Positions 13,560-26,338 are shown, numbered from the whole stretch's first letter. The stretch: 52,575 nucleotides of DNA, filler included, from Sphacelaria rigidula (GCA_964200075.2; 4 parts of 4 records of this genome joined end to end with filler, not necessarily neighbours in it); one strand, 5' to 3'. Translations and numbers: made by a program. Notes: a model not told the origin generated them from the sequence alone.

Positions 13560-14900
13560 GCGAATCCTCGAGACTAATCTTTCGACGGGCTCGGTGCACC
13601 CTTTGGACAGGAAGAGTACTCGTAATGCGAGGAACACGGACCAGGGCATTCCATCCGCGCATGTTGTAACACACGATGCGCACTCGACATGCAGGAGGGT
13701 TTGCCAGCTCCAAATTCGGGGAGATGCGGGAGTCTCCCGATTTGAGCAGAAAGGTGATGAACCAAACTTCAGCGCCCAGAGAATCGGAGAAATGATCCGG
13801 TTTCCTCAGAGCTAGGCGAAAAACATTGCCAAGGGGCTGGGGTCCGAAAAATCAATCCACGGGAGAATATCGGATATAAACGGACTGAAATCCTCATATT
13901 TGTACAAACACGGATTGGTTGCCATAAGTGGTCTCAGGATCCACGAAAGGATCAGATGGGCGCTCAATTATTCGCACAAGATATAAACTCTTACCCGCTG
14001 GGTCTGTCTCCAAAAACAAATGAGCACCTGCAATCTTTATCACACAACACGGTCAGTCTGTAAGAAGTCATCCAATAGTTGGCGCAGATGTAATCTTATT
14101 TCGGAATGTGGAAGGGGTGTCTAGTATCTCCTGATCCCCAAACTTTGTGGTCAAACGTTTACTGGGACGAGCGGTGGCACTCGAAACAAAAGGGTTTGGC
14201 ATTCCAGCAGCTAGGATGTCATACCCATGTTTGCGCGAAACAACGGTGAACATCTCCAACTACCATATTACCACGAAAATCTCCTACTTCAGATGAAAAC
14301 TACTGTATGGTCCAGGTGCTGGTCAGTCAAATAATACGTGAGCATGTTGAGGCGTCAACTCTTCACCCTTCAATCGCGAAGCAGTCATTTTCAGTACACA
14401 CACGTCACTGATTGTCGCATGTTGCTCCTACGATAGCATACCAAACTCTCCACAGCCAGACAACGCACAACACGGGTTACTTACTCCAGGAGGAGTAGCA
14501 TACAACAATCAATATATACAGAAATACCTTGGTATACTGTAGGTGGACTCAAGTAAATCCGCTTCGCGATCCAGGGTTAACCCTTTGACGGGGAGAAACG
14601 ACGATTTCATGAAATTGAGAGTCAAGGACACTATTGAGAGTAAGACGCGGACACTCAACGAATGATGTTGTTTCAGTTCAGAAATGCCCCGTCGGACCTT
14701 AGATCCTTCTGTACTGTGTAGTAGCTTGCCATTGAAGCCCTCCATATCCCTGAGTATAATATCGACGTGTATAGCTGTGTAAGCATACGGCACAGTGTTA
14801 CAGGCAAAGAGAAGCTTATACAAAGTGAAAAATGATCAGGTTAGATCGAATCATAAAACTCACTCTCCATCTCACGAAAGCGTTGTTGAGAACAGGTCAT
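13560..14900 (-). pseudogene. Decayed DIRS/Ngaro-like (tyrosine-recombinase class) retrotransposon RT-RNaseH remnants
   Basis: Minus-strand 'VSLTLNFMKSSFLPVK...DLLESTYSIP' resembles the DIRS RT C-terminal pattern LGLxxNxxKSxLxP...DTxxMTxSLP. 'HLILSWILRPL' (~13930-13960) resembles the RNaseH LxWIPRxxN motif. Many stops and frameshifts. Confidence 0.45.
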
Positions 14901-16828
14901 CTGTTGAATCAGCACCAATTTCCCCCGAAAAAGGCATGCACGGTCCAGACGGAGTACCCTCACGGCCTGAGGGTAACCCACTTGACCGCCCGGGTGAGGC
15001 ATTTGGGTCTCACGTTCATTTCACCGTAAAAGTTATGCCGATTCATTAGATGACCCACTCTCGTTGTAAAAGCGCTAGGACGCGGAAGCGCTAGGGTTGT
15101 CATAACCACGTGATACGTGGCCGCCATATATCTCGTTCATCCATGGGCGCTCAAACGTTTCGCGGTGAATATCTTAACCGAGCGCTCGTGAACTGGATAC
15201 GCGCCGCCGTGCCCCGGTAGTCTTACGGTCGGTACAACTGAAACCATCAGGTCGCGAAAATGCGGGTCCAGCAGATGTGTTTCGTTTTTCTTCTCAAAAA
15301 TATTCTTTTTCAGTCGTTGTAAGGTTGATCGCGTGAGTAGCAAAATACGTGTTTTTGACGAAAGTCGACTTGGTGTGAGATCTGATCAAATCCGCGACAC
15401 CAAATTCGCAGGCGTACACAGTACCATGGGGGAAAAGGGTTGATCCCCGGAGACAACGAATTCGTCCCAAAAAGGGAAGGGGGTTGGAACGGCGGTGGAG
15501 AAAAACAAATTATAATATCTGGCGAAGGTGTGGGTATGCGATTCGTTTGCAACGTGTTCAACATACACGATCTCGACGGGGCGAATGTATCATGCCATCA
15601 GTCTAAAATACCGTAGGCATGTCATGGTTGGTTCAAAGGTATGGCTCATACTTTACACGATATCAGCAGAGAGGTATCTCAAACTCGAGGTTCACCATAT
15701 ATCAAATTGTTTTTGATAAACCCCTGTTGGTTGTGCAGAAAAAGAAAACCAAAAACGTTTTTTGAAATAAACAACTATTCGGATTCACGTGTTACGCACA
15801 ATGTGATTCAAGTATCTCGAGATCATCTCGGAGGTCGGAAAGTTTTGATATCCAGGGGTGACTGGAGGGCTCGCCTTGACCAAAACTATCAACCGAATAA
15901 TCGGAAGCGATAATCGATATCGTGCTGTGATCGACCCGCTGCCCTTCGACAAAACTGCCTTGTTGATTTTCGAGCTGAGGGGTTTTCATCAAAGGACGAC
16001 ATAACAAATGAACAGGACTGAAGAAAAATGTACAGAAAAATGAGTGAAATCACAAGAGGTCATAGGGCGCGTCAAAAGGTGCAAACATATGCCTGATAGT
16101 TGAGAGCATATGTAGCATCGCGCTACGACGTCCACTCTAGAACACATGGGCATTGTAGCCTGACTTGCTCCAAAAACGAAATCGAAATCGGCGTCGATTT
16201 TCGATGTCGATTGTAGCCCATTTGGAACGAAATACACTCTCGATCAAATCAACTGGTATTCTGGTGGAGTTCGCGGGATTATAGGGATATATTCTGTATA
16301 TCTGTGGAGATGCGTGCGCTTTCTCTTGTCTGCGGCAATGTGCGATGGTGTATGTCCCAAAATGTTGGGCGCACTCCCGCATCTCGAAATCCGCTCACCC
16401 ACACGGACGGCCACACAAGCCTTCAGGGGTACTCGTTCAGGATGGAGTGCGATACTGGAGGTATTGTAGACTGGTGGATAATTTTCAGTCTTCCAGGCTG
16501 CGGAGCACCTGAGTATCGATAGCAGAAATCAGTGAGTAATTTCCGGAGTGTCCAGAGTATAACCTGCGGAGGAGTATTGGGTGGTGAGTATCGACGCCCC
16601 ATGTTATGTTACTCACTTGTACTCGTGATCTACCATACCCATCCCTGGCATGTTCGCAAGTTTTCTATGCCGCCCTTTCGAAGAGTTATTGTCATTTCAG
16701 ACATGGGTTGAAATGCTTCGGTGGATCGGAAAATCGGAAGTATTGGTTGTGGATCAAAGTAACGAGCCATATGACACAATTTTATCGGTATTTGATCAGG
16801 ATCCGATGATAGATTGACGATTTTCATG

Positions 16829-17023
16829 TGTAATGCGTGAAAGGACGGCGTGCTTTTTAGGCCGCATCGGAATTTAAACACCCAACGATCGACATTTCTC
16901 ACCGCTCGGGCCAGTCCCTGCAGGGATCGCGCCCCTGACCCTAATCCTGATCCTAACCCTGACCATCGGGGTGTTTGAACTCCGATGCGGCTACAAAACC
17001 ACGCGGTCCTCCTACACATTACA
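16829..17023. mobile_element. MITE with TGT...ACA termini and internal telomere-like repeats, copy 1
   Basis: catg|tgtaatgcgtgaaagga ... tcctcctacacattaca|catg, giving a 4-bp duplication. Internal cctgaccctaatcctgatcctaaccctga. Confidence 0.75.
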
Positions 17024-17245
17024 CATGTCAGAAAGAAGGCATGCCCTCACGCTCGTCAAATCTGATTCAAGGGGGCCCGTAGAGTCGGCGAAAATATGTA
17101 ACGACTCCTAACATGGAAAATTGGTTTAGGGGGGAGAGGGGTGGGGGAGACGGACGCTGCACCTACCGTGCAGTGTTTTTACACAACACTGCAGAGTAGT
17201 GCATCGGTAGCGATTTCCAGGTCTCATGTTACGGAGTAGCCTCAT

Positions 17246-17456
17246 TGTAATGCGTGAGAGGATCGCGTGCTTAGAGAACCGCGCCGTCGTCCAAAGCACC
17301 CTGGAATCGACGTTTTTCGAACCCAATCGGGCCAGTCCCTGCAGGAGCCACGCCCCTGACCCCAACCCCAACACTAACCCTAACCCTAACCTCAACCATA
17401 AGGATGTTCAAAGTCAGATGCGGTCCTCTAAGCACGCGGTCCTCTCACGCATTGCA
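17246..17456. mobile_element. Same MITE family, copy 2
   Basis: ctcat|tgtaatgcgtgagaggatcgcgtgcttagagaaccgc ... gcggtcctctaagcacgcggtcctctcacgcattgca|ctcat. TIRs are ~37 bp, the duplication is 5 bp, and the interior has ctaaccctaaccctaacc. Confidence 0.85.
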
Positions 17457-18302
17457 CTCATTCTTCTCCCTGTGTTGAACTACCGGCCATGGGAGTATTC
17501 CAGAATCGATTGCAGATCAGAAGTTGCCACCCAAGTCTCACCTCAGAAGAAAACAGCAAAACTTCAACAATAGTCCAATAGACGACGCATTGGCGTTGCT
17601 GCACACGCCACTTACTCGCACAATTCACAATTCGGTGACTCGATCAATCCCCCCTCACGAGATTTTTATTTGACCCATGATTCATTTAACAAGTCTTGGC
17701 CCCCAACTCTGTGAGTAAGGGTTGTGGGTGTACTTGTTACCTGACATGGTGTAGGTTCAAGTTCATTGACCTCGTATCCCTACAATGCGGGATGGAGCAC
17801 GCCGGGTGTTCGCCGGATTGGGTTGGCAATCATGAAGCGTGAAGGGCCGTGATGTGTTCGGCGAGTCACATGAAGGGTTGGTCGCACCCTGCTAAGATGT
17901 TTCGGTCCAAAGAGTACCAGTAGATATGGATGTCAGCCCCGAATATTTGCATCATTTATTTTCTGCTACCGGCCCTTTCCAGGGGCAGCCAGGAGTTACA
18001 CGCTGCCTCATGGGTGTCCCAACATTTCAACACTACAAAGTACGATCATCCCCTTGGCGCGGAGTTGAGATTCTCTACTCCGCACAAAACGATCTTGCTT
18101 GACCACCACTAAGGTCACCACAAAATAATGCAAGCGAAAACATCGGTAATGTGGTTGCCTAGCGTACGCAGTGAGTGGCGTGTTTATAGCGTCGTTGTCA
18201 ACTGACGCTAACCCTAAAAATAGGAATGTGGGGGGTGGGGAGTGGCATCCAGGGAGCCCTGTGCATCCCCTACCTGATTCAAGGATGAATGGCCATAATT
18301 AA

Positions 18303-18400
18303 CCCTTAGACGGCGAGGTTAGTCTTCTGTTGCATCGGCATCAATTTCAAGTGAAAAAAAGTATACATGATCCAGAAAGACTAATCTCGCGGTCTAAGGG
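18303..18400. mobile_element. piggyBac-type MITE (98 bp)
   Basis: TTAA|cccttagacggcgaggttagtc ... gactaatctcgcggtctaaggg|TTAA: CCC/GGG ends with a TTAA duplication. Partial relatives lie at ~22970-23016 and ~50609-50675. Confidence 0.85.
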
Positions 18401-19725
18401 TTAAAGGTATCTCGAACTCGGGGTTATCGGTATATTGAACAGTGAGTTTTACCGAGAATCTTACGTTTGAGTTGTCTGCTTGGTCCTGGTATTCTTTCTA
18501 GCTTTCGGTGAAGTGAAATGCACGTATAATAATCCCAGCTCACTAGGTATTCAAACTCCAAAGTCAAGAAGTTCCGCTGTTGTGTGGGGTTTAGGGTGAC
18601 CAGCTGCCGCGCCCAGGGTATAACTGAAATCATCAGTGCAGGAAAAGGTGGGTTCTATTCCCGGCAGACGGCTTCTTTGGGTAGTCTACGTCACTAATTT
18701 CCATAGCTGAAAACGTCAGAACGTGCGCAGTCAAAACGTAAATGACTTCATGTGACCAGAGTCGACTCGATGATCGTATGTGTGACACTAAGTTGTAAGG
18801 CGATTGTAAGGGAGAACTGGGCGGATCCCTCGAGATCACGCACTGATTCCGAGGAAAAAGACGGGGGGTCACACGTTGAAGTGTGCCAAAAAAAACTGCC
18901 TTCACGTGAGCAGGTGTTGACTTTTTTCATCCTAACCGATACTAGATTCAAGTTTGACAGCTCAAAGTTGTGCATGTCGCATGAGGACGGGGAGAACACG
19001 TTACTTATGAGACCGAAAATAACGTACTTTCGGAAACCTTTTGCGTTCAGAAGTTGGAATTTTCTCTCACGGGGAGGCAGGGGAACTTGGGAAGCGATGT
19101 GTTGATTGGTTGGTTTGATGGATTGGTCCGAAATTCTAGTCTACAGCCACCCTTGCCGATACGGTGTACAGAACAGTCCGAATAAGTGAGAAGGGGGGCA
19201 TGAGGAAGTTCCATCCGAGCAACGGTAAACTCTACTGTTTCACAATCGAATCAGCCAACATGATTTCGGGAAAGTTCTATCCAACCAAGTGGTAAACTCT
19301 ACTGGGTAAAGATCATACGGCATGGAAATGGTGATGTGCGATTGAACTTTGCTGATATATCTACCATCAGACAAGCACAGTCCCCCCGGCACACTGAGCA
19401 TAGCTAACACCGAATAGAGTCCATCCCCTAGACCGCGATGTGGATAGTCCATCTGGATCACCGATCACTTCTCAAGTGAATTTGATGCCGATTCAGCAGG
19501 TGACCTACTATCGATTCAGAAGGTGACCTACTATTGCGGTCGAAGGTTTGACCACCGGTTGTTTTACCAACTCAGAATCGACGGTCGCTGCCTTCACGGT
19601 ACCTCGTTCGATGTCCTACAAATACAACAAGAAGTACGTGGGCTTTGGCGAAACGTTTTGGTCGGATTCCGTGTTGGCTGTGCTCGCATCATGACGGCCA
19701 CTTGGGCGGGAGAGGTCAACATCCT

Positions 19726-19965
19726 TGTAATGCGTGAGAGGACCTGTGCTCAGGGGGACCGCATCGTAGTTCAAAATACCCGGGATCGACTGGTTTCAAA
19801 TCCAATCAGGCCGGCCCCTGCGCAGGAATCACGCCCCTAACCCTGACCCCAACACTAACGCTGACTCTAACCCTGACCCTAACCGTAACCATAGGGGTGT
19901 TCACATTCTGATGCGGTCCCCTAAGCACGCGGTCCCCTAAGCACGCGGTCCTCTCACGCATTACA
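19726..19965. mobile_element. Same MITE family, copy 3
   Basis: tcct|tgtaatgcgtgagaggac ... gtcctctcacgcattaca|ccct. Internal ccctaaccctgacc...ctaaccctgaccctaacc. The right TIR contains a duplicated 16-nt unit. Confidence 0.8.
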
Positions 19966-20298
19966 CCCTAATCGTAACGTCACTCCAACAATTGTGTACG
20001 GAGAACCCTCGGGCAGGGGGGGTGCAAAGTGTTCCCTAGGCAAAGCGTAAGTTGCCAGACCTCATATCTGCGCCTTGAGACGAAAACGCGTTCTGCGCAC
20101 CCTAGGAGCACAGTTCCCAGTAAAAATCCGGATTTGAGTGTCCTGATTAAAAGCAAGTGGGCCAACTTCACCATACGTACCAAGTGGTGGAACACTAAAC
20201 ACTACAGCGGTGAACATTACTAGACGGGAAGGCCATTTCCTTATGCAGCATCTCCTCTCAACATATTTCGTGCGCATGCTCGGTGCATAGGTTCATAC

Positions 20299-20872
20299 CT
20301 CCATTTTCGGTAGCGATGTTATCCATAACCTCACAGTCCACCATAGTAACAGCCGCCGCACTCCTCGCTAAAATAGCTCCGCCGTATATCGCATGTCCTC
20401 TCGTAAGTCGCACTTTTTCAAGGGACAATTTTGAATCGTTACTAACAACAAACAGCGGTTTGTCCTCACTACCCCCCTCATGACGATCACCTCCTACTCC
20501 ATATATGACACTGACCGCCGCAGTAGATCCTGTGACCACCAAGCTTGTTCCATTCAACACCTGAAGCGTAACTTCGACATCCACCATGCCCCGCCATTCC
20601 ACCAGAAATTCAGCGCCGACGCATCCCAGCAACTGAGTGCTCAGCGTCGATACGTCCGCGGCGGAAGACACTTGCAAGTTGTTAGTGGCACCAACACCTC
20701 TGGTGCAGTTTGCCTGATCTTGGACTTGAGCGATACATCGCACTCTCATTTGAAAGCACCACCAACAGAATGCGGCGAAGACACGTAGGATTTGAGCGCG
20801 GCAATTTGGGGGCTGTGTCCGGCTGCGGACCACATACGTGCCGCCACGGGCGGCGGCACGGCGGCTGGCCAT
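20299..20872 (-). CDS. Probable first exon of a polymorphic-outer-membrane-protein (POMP)/adhesin-like beta-helix protein
   Basis: MASRRAAARG...LRVFAAFCWWCF (hydrophobic segment)...VEWRGMVDVEVTLQVLNGTSLVVTG...LFVVSNDSKLSLEKVRLTRGHAIYGGAILARSAAAVTMVDCEVMDNIATENGG, ending at a G|gtatga donor. The GGAI and DNxAxxNGG motifs are typical of brown-algal POMP-like proteins. The start codon is inferred and downstream exons were not located. Confidence 0.75.
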
Positions 20873-22116
20873 GCCCCGAACAGTATGATCACCTACACAG
20901 GATGCAAATGCCCTATGTGCAGTATTGACTGCTGAAGCCGCCGGGTGTAGTGTAAGGTTAGGTACATACACGAGGACAAGGAGTACGCCGAAGTGTGATG
21001 CAAGAGGTGATGCTCGGCCTTCACGGGACAACTTTTAGGAAGCGGTTCTTAGAGGAGGATCTTTCTGTTCCGAATGTACGATGTATACCTTGACGAAGTA
21101 CAGGTGTGCAGTAGATATTTCGACTGATAATAATCTCCAAAAACGAAGTTCAAAGTTCGCCATATTAGGCACACATCACACCAACGTACCGTTGTACCGG
21201 GCAAACTTTCTACTAGAGAAATGGAGCCCGCAACTGCAGCACACTCGGCATCGACATGCGCATGAGACCTCGAGAGGTGAGAGAGGGGAAGACGAAACTA
21301 TGAACAAGCAACATGAAAAAAACTGTATTGTACTGCACTGTACTATACCACACTATGCTCTGTTTGGGAACAGAGGCACGCGGGTATATCAACTATCCCG
21401 GCTCCCTACTGTGACTCTCTCTACTATTGCATTCCTGAAAGAGAGAACAGGTGGACTGCGGATAATTAGTGGGGTTCACGACGTCTCGCCCATGTCTGAC
21501 CCAAAGTTATTCCATTTCGCTCTCTGTTTCCTGTTTCCTGTTGCCACACTAACCGCACTCCAGCGGGGTACTTGTACGTAGTAACCAGAAACGGGTACGT
21601 GGTATCTAGCGCGCAATCAACCTTGCAGTTGTAGTGGTGGCTCAGGAGAAGTACACTACGGTGCGGCGCAGCGCAGTTATTCAGGCGGAATCGTAAACAA
21701 CGAGTTAATCTAGCACCCGTTTTGTCGGGTAGGCAGTATCCCAAGCGTCAAAAACAGGGCCCCTTGAAAACATGCGGGCAAAGATGAACGTGCAGTAAAC
21801 AATATAACGAGTCGAGTGTGAATTCGGGCAATAGGCCCATCAGGTTTCAACTGCACTGTTCCTCTTCCAGGAATATTGGCTGACGCGCCCTGATTCACGT
21901 GCCCAACCGCACGCCCCAGCACCAGTCTCTCCAACGCTTTATTGCTGTTATATTATCTGCATATCTCTACCTTCGCACGCTCCAGCACTAGTGTCCCCAA
22001 CGCTTTAAAACTATTCTCTGCATACCATCACCTCCGCCATTACCCCAACCCTCCCTAGGTTAAGGATTCACTCGTCATCGTCAACATACTCTGTTGGTGA
22101 AGACAACAGTGACAAT

Positions 22117-22293
22117 ATGGGTGCTCAAAACCCGCGACATCCACGTCATAGCGCAATGCGCTTTTTGTGGGGGGCTGTCATGATGCTGCGTGTGAGTGAT
22201 TTTCCCGCGGCGAATGCGCAGACAAAGAAGGAGGGGGACGGGGAGGGGGGAGAGGAGTCGTGGTGGAAGCCGACACCAGGCATCAGCTGGGAT
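22117..22293 (+). CDS. Probable first exon of a secreted glycoside hydrolase family 114-like protein
   Basis: Signal-like 'MRFLWGAVMMLRVSDFPAANA', then 'WWKPTPGISWD' and a strong GAT|gtgagt donor. WWxPxxGxxW is the usual N-terminal motif of GH114 TIM barrels. Later exons were not found in this block. Confidence 0.6.
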
Positions 22294-24649
22294 GTGAGTA
22301 TTCGTCCCCTATAATACAGTCCTAGCTATTTAGCGTGAGATCGAAAGCTGCCATAAAACAAGGAAAAGTTGCGCCGGGTTGGCAGTGACGGCAACAGTGA
22401 CGATAAGTTGAGCAAAAACAACACATAGAAAACCGGTAGATATCCTGCATGGCTGATTCCGGAGGTATGCTTGTAATAAAGGCAGTACAGTATCCGTATC
22501 GTCGCTCAGCTGTCTGCGTTCGCTCTGCCTCGCTGAGCATTACCTGGAAAAATAGGCATGCCTTCTTCGATCATTTTTGCGACGATAAACGGTTGACTCC
22601 AAGGCCGCGTTTCTGGTGCTGCTAATGCGTTTTTTTTTCCCGGTCGGAAATGCGGTTTCCGATCCCTTTTTGTGCATTTTCTCCCGAGGAGCGCCGCTTC
22701 CAAACGCCGATCCCCGGAGAAAAATTTCTGCACTTGCTGACAGGAACCCGGACCACTGCTCCGTTTCAAGTTCGGGCTTTTTGCTTTTCTGCATGACTCA
22801 ATGTCATGCGCCATGTCAATCAAGTCAAGCAAAATCAGGAAGGTGCCCCTGTGTTGAAGCTTCGCCGTCCTCCGTAAGCCGCTGCGGTTTTCAATAGTTT
22901 TAGTTTAGGCGGGCTCTCATTTCTCAACCTCGGTGAACACCCCCCCCTCTCGCTTTCTCCTTCCTTCACTTGAGAAAAGTATGCATGATCCAGAAAGACT
23001 AGTCTCGCGGTCTAAATTAAACTGTAGGCAATCAGGATATCGCATTCTAACTCGATTGTGGTGTTTTTGCAGTAAATATGATGGTGGTCGAGCTGGATCA
23101 TGTTGTGCGGGGAGGAGAACTTCATCCCCGCCAAAGGGGATGATCATACTACAGTCAGTGTTCATATCTGAGACACTCGTCAGGCAGAGTAACTCGTGGG
23201 CGTCTCTGGAAGTGGCGCGGTACCAGAAATTGGAGCAACTCATACGAGGCGGCCATCCATATGCAAGATATCTGGTACGCTTCCGCCCAAACAATCTTGG
23301 CGTCGTGCGGCTTACTCTTCAGCATGCGACCCGCTGACCACATCACGGCGCTTCGCGCTTGGGATTGTTGCGAGCGTTGCCCAGCGAATCCCGGCGTGTT
23401 TCATCCCGACTTCGTAGGTACGTGTTGTTGATGGTCTTATGTCTACAGGCGTACAAGCAAGCAAGACCATAAGTACACCCCCCCCCTTCCCTGCCCTGCC
23501 CCGCCGTCATGCGTGGAAGGACCAAGTGCTTTTGGACCACATCAGAGTGTAACCCTTCGGGGACACGGTGACGATTTTTGTTTTTGTGAATCGGCATCAT
23601 TTTCAGTCATTTTGACCATATGTATTGATGTGCACCGGCATCATTTTGACTTGAAAATGCATGAGCTTCCGCTTGCACTTACATCATGCACCCAGCCAAG
23701 CACGGTCAGAATCGCTTCACTCACAATGCTTTTTGCTTCTCCCCGACGTGCTGCTGGACCGATGCATATCGCAGCTCTCGTATAGCAACTGTTTACTAGG
23801 GGCATGTCTTCGCACACTACTGTAGTTTTCCATCGAAATTGTGCGGTGGAAAACAAAAATCCCGATCCAATACGTCGTGATTTCAACCATCTTCGAATTT
23901 TTCGATGATGGTTGAACCTACGACCTATCGGGTCGATATTTTTTCCCACCCCATAACTTCGATCAAAAACTATAATGATGTGCTAAGACACGTCCTGTCA
24001 ACCAAAAGCTCACGCACACGAGAAGGTACACAGGTGCAAATCGATATTCGCCCGCCCGGTACTTGTGCGCGTAATGGTGTCGGGACGCCATCATGGTTGA
24101 CTCTGTTCGAGTGGATCTTGTTTGCTCTCAGTCATATGCAGATTCCAAAGTTGTCTTGTTCCCTGGGGATGGGCACCGCGATGTGTTTTGTACTTGAAAG
24201 CTTGTGTAAAATTCCATAGTTGGAAACTGTTCGTCTCTGGCTAATATCAAGCATATCAAGCCGTTACTCCCTTATTGTGCTGAAGTCCCTTGCTTCTTCA
24301 TGTGGCGAGCCTCGAGTCGACAGCGGTCGGCCTGTCGGGGCGGGTTGTGCTTTTTATCTTGATCTGGATTGATCCAGTGATGAGTAACATTGGGTACGTT
24401 CGTTAATAGCAGCCCTCACGAACACTTTTCATGCGTCGTCACTTGTTCGCACGGGGTGTACCGTGCGATGTGATGAGGCCAGCTTATTCCTCGCCTCAGG
24501 CACAGGGTAACGGTTATATATATTTCATCAGAGAGCATCGAAGTACTACAGTAACTTGGGACAGTGCTGAAGAAGAGGGAGGCTGATGAGCGTGGTCGGA
24601 TAGGGGAAACGCGTGCACCCCGTTTTCCGTACTGTACCACATTTGCACA

Positions 24650-25520
24650 CACTTGACTGCCAGTACTCGTGGATCACCCCGATCCCCTGTTTTACGTAGA
24701 TCTAGCATGACTGAGTATGTGAATCACTTGAATACCCCCCCCTGATCGGATTCCTCAGCACTCAAAGCTCAAAAAAAGTTTCAAGGAGAAAACTCGGCCT
24801 TCCGAGCAACCCCCCCCCCCATCGCACAAACTCCACCGCTTGTGCTCAAAACTATACAGCCCTTTTTCGCAGATGCCTAGACCAGGGCACCTGAACTTGA
24901 CAACGGGAAACGCCCAACAAACTCATGCCCCACAAAGTAGCGTGAGCGGCTTCACCCGACGTAAGTGCAGATGCATTACGGGAACTATGACCTGAAACAT
25001 CAAGAGCTGATAAATCGAAAGACATATCCCGTGGACCGTGGCGAAGGATAGATAGTTTTATCTTTTGTATTATTGGAGAGTGCCTAGACTGAGTCGACCC
25101 TATGACTGAGGGATCAAATGTTGAGTGGGCTCATCAGGCAGCGTGGTAGCAGCCATGAGCGGGGTACTGTAGTCACACACACTCGACTACCAGTACCCGC
25201 ACGTCCGCATTATTCTATCCGCACATGTGCATGTTCATTCAGTGTACCTGTTCACATGAACACCCCCTCTGAACCGGTACATCAGTCGTCGTGGCTTTCT
25301 CTCTCGAAAACAAAAATTTTCAAGGGGGAAACCCGGCTATCCGGGCAAAGAAACCCTCCCCTCAACAGCTTGTGCTCCATCTAGATAACCCATAGACGCC
25401 GGTCAAGGCAGATACACGACATGTCGGGAAACACCCTACAAAATCCATGCCCCTCAAAGTAGAGTGGGTGGCTTGACCCAAAATGCGCATAAATTCATCA
25501 CTTGAACATCTAAAAATACC
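24650..25520. repeat. Two diverged adjacent copies of an unclassified repeat
   Basis: aaaaagtttcaaggagaaaactcggccttccgagcaa...gcttgtgctc (~24773-24850) matches aaaaattttcaagggggaaacccggctatccgggcaaa...gcttgtgctc (~25312-25378). Confidence 0.5.
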
Positions 25521-25609
25521 CGGCACGAACACAATGGTACACACAAAAAACGTACCTACTTGTCACCTTCCAACTTAATAAAAAAACGTCTGTGCCTCGC
25601 AAACAGGCT

Positions 25610-26073
25610 GATCGAAAGAGGCTTCGTCAAAATATCTGCATGCTGCCATCCTGAGCCTACATGTACAACCCTGACCTTCCCCGTCCCCACCAGCTCTCGA
25701 ATGAAGTGATATCTCACGTCTATGTGCTTACTCCTTTCGGAACTAAGAGGATTTTCGGCCAGAGCTTTTTTGCTCCCTCGTTGTCCTCGTACAAAAGAAT
25801 ACCTTGATTCTCCCCGCTTCCCGACACAGTCCGCGGTCGCAAGGACGTCAACACTGCCTTCACAAACAATCCTTCCTTTGCCCCCTCGGCCATTTCAAAA
25901 TACTCTGCCTCCGGTACAGGGCCAGTCGAAAATGCTCGAGCCTTTTCGTGACCTCCTAGCTCGGCCTGCATCGCGCCTACCCATGCCTCTCGAAATTTTG
26001 ACTTGGTAATGTCATCCATACTGGTTGGTGCTGCCTCTATTTCGCTCACTTGTGGGCCAACCGGTGAACGCAA
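25610..26073 (-). pseudogene. Ty1/copia pol fragment with a large internal deletion
   Basis: The RT-entry sequence 'APTSMDDITKSKFREAWVGAMQAEL' is joined directly to RNaseH 'EAEYFEMAEGAKEGLFVKAVL...LYEDNEGA'. After a frameshift it continues 'KHIDVRYHFIRELV...QHADILTKPL'. Confidence 0.85.
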
Positions 26074-26238
26074 ACCGAATTCAGGCTGCCCTACCCTGTT
26101 TTCCTCAGCAACAAAACAAAAAAAAGTCGTTTTCAGCTCACTCGTGTTGAGTCGAAACGATTGCGTCTTGTCCAGCCACCTGTCCTGCTGCCGCGGTGAT
26201 CATCTCCATGGTTGAGCATTTGCCCTCCGCCATTCCCG

Positions 26239-26338
26239 NNNNNNNNNNNNNNNNNNNNNNNNNNNNNNNNNNNNNNNNNNNNTTAATTAATTAANNNNNN
26301 NNNNNNNNNNNNNNNNNNNNNNNNNNNNNNNNNNNNNN
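26239..26338. other. Artificial linker/gap
   Basis: Identical N44-TTAATTAATTAA-N44 spacer. Confidence 0.97.

Noticed and set aside
16935..19890. True telomere or chromosome fusion site
   Set aside because: The hexamer tracts are short, degenerate and always enclosed by the same TIRs.
20873..21031. N-terminal extension of the 257-aa ORF
   Set aside because: It starts at a non-ATG codon; in a eukaryote the ATG at 20872 is the more plausible start.
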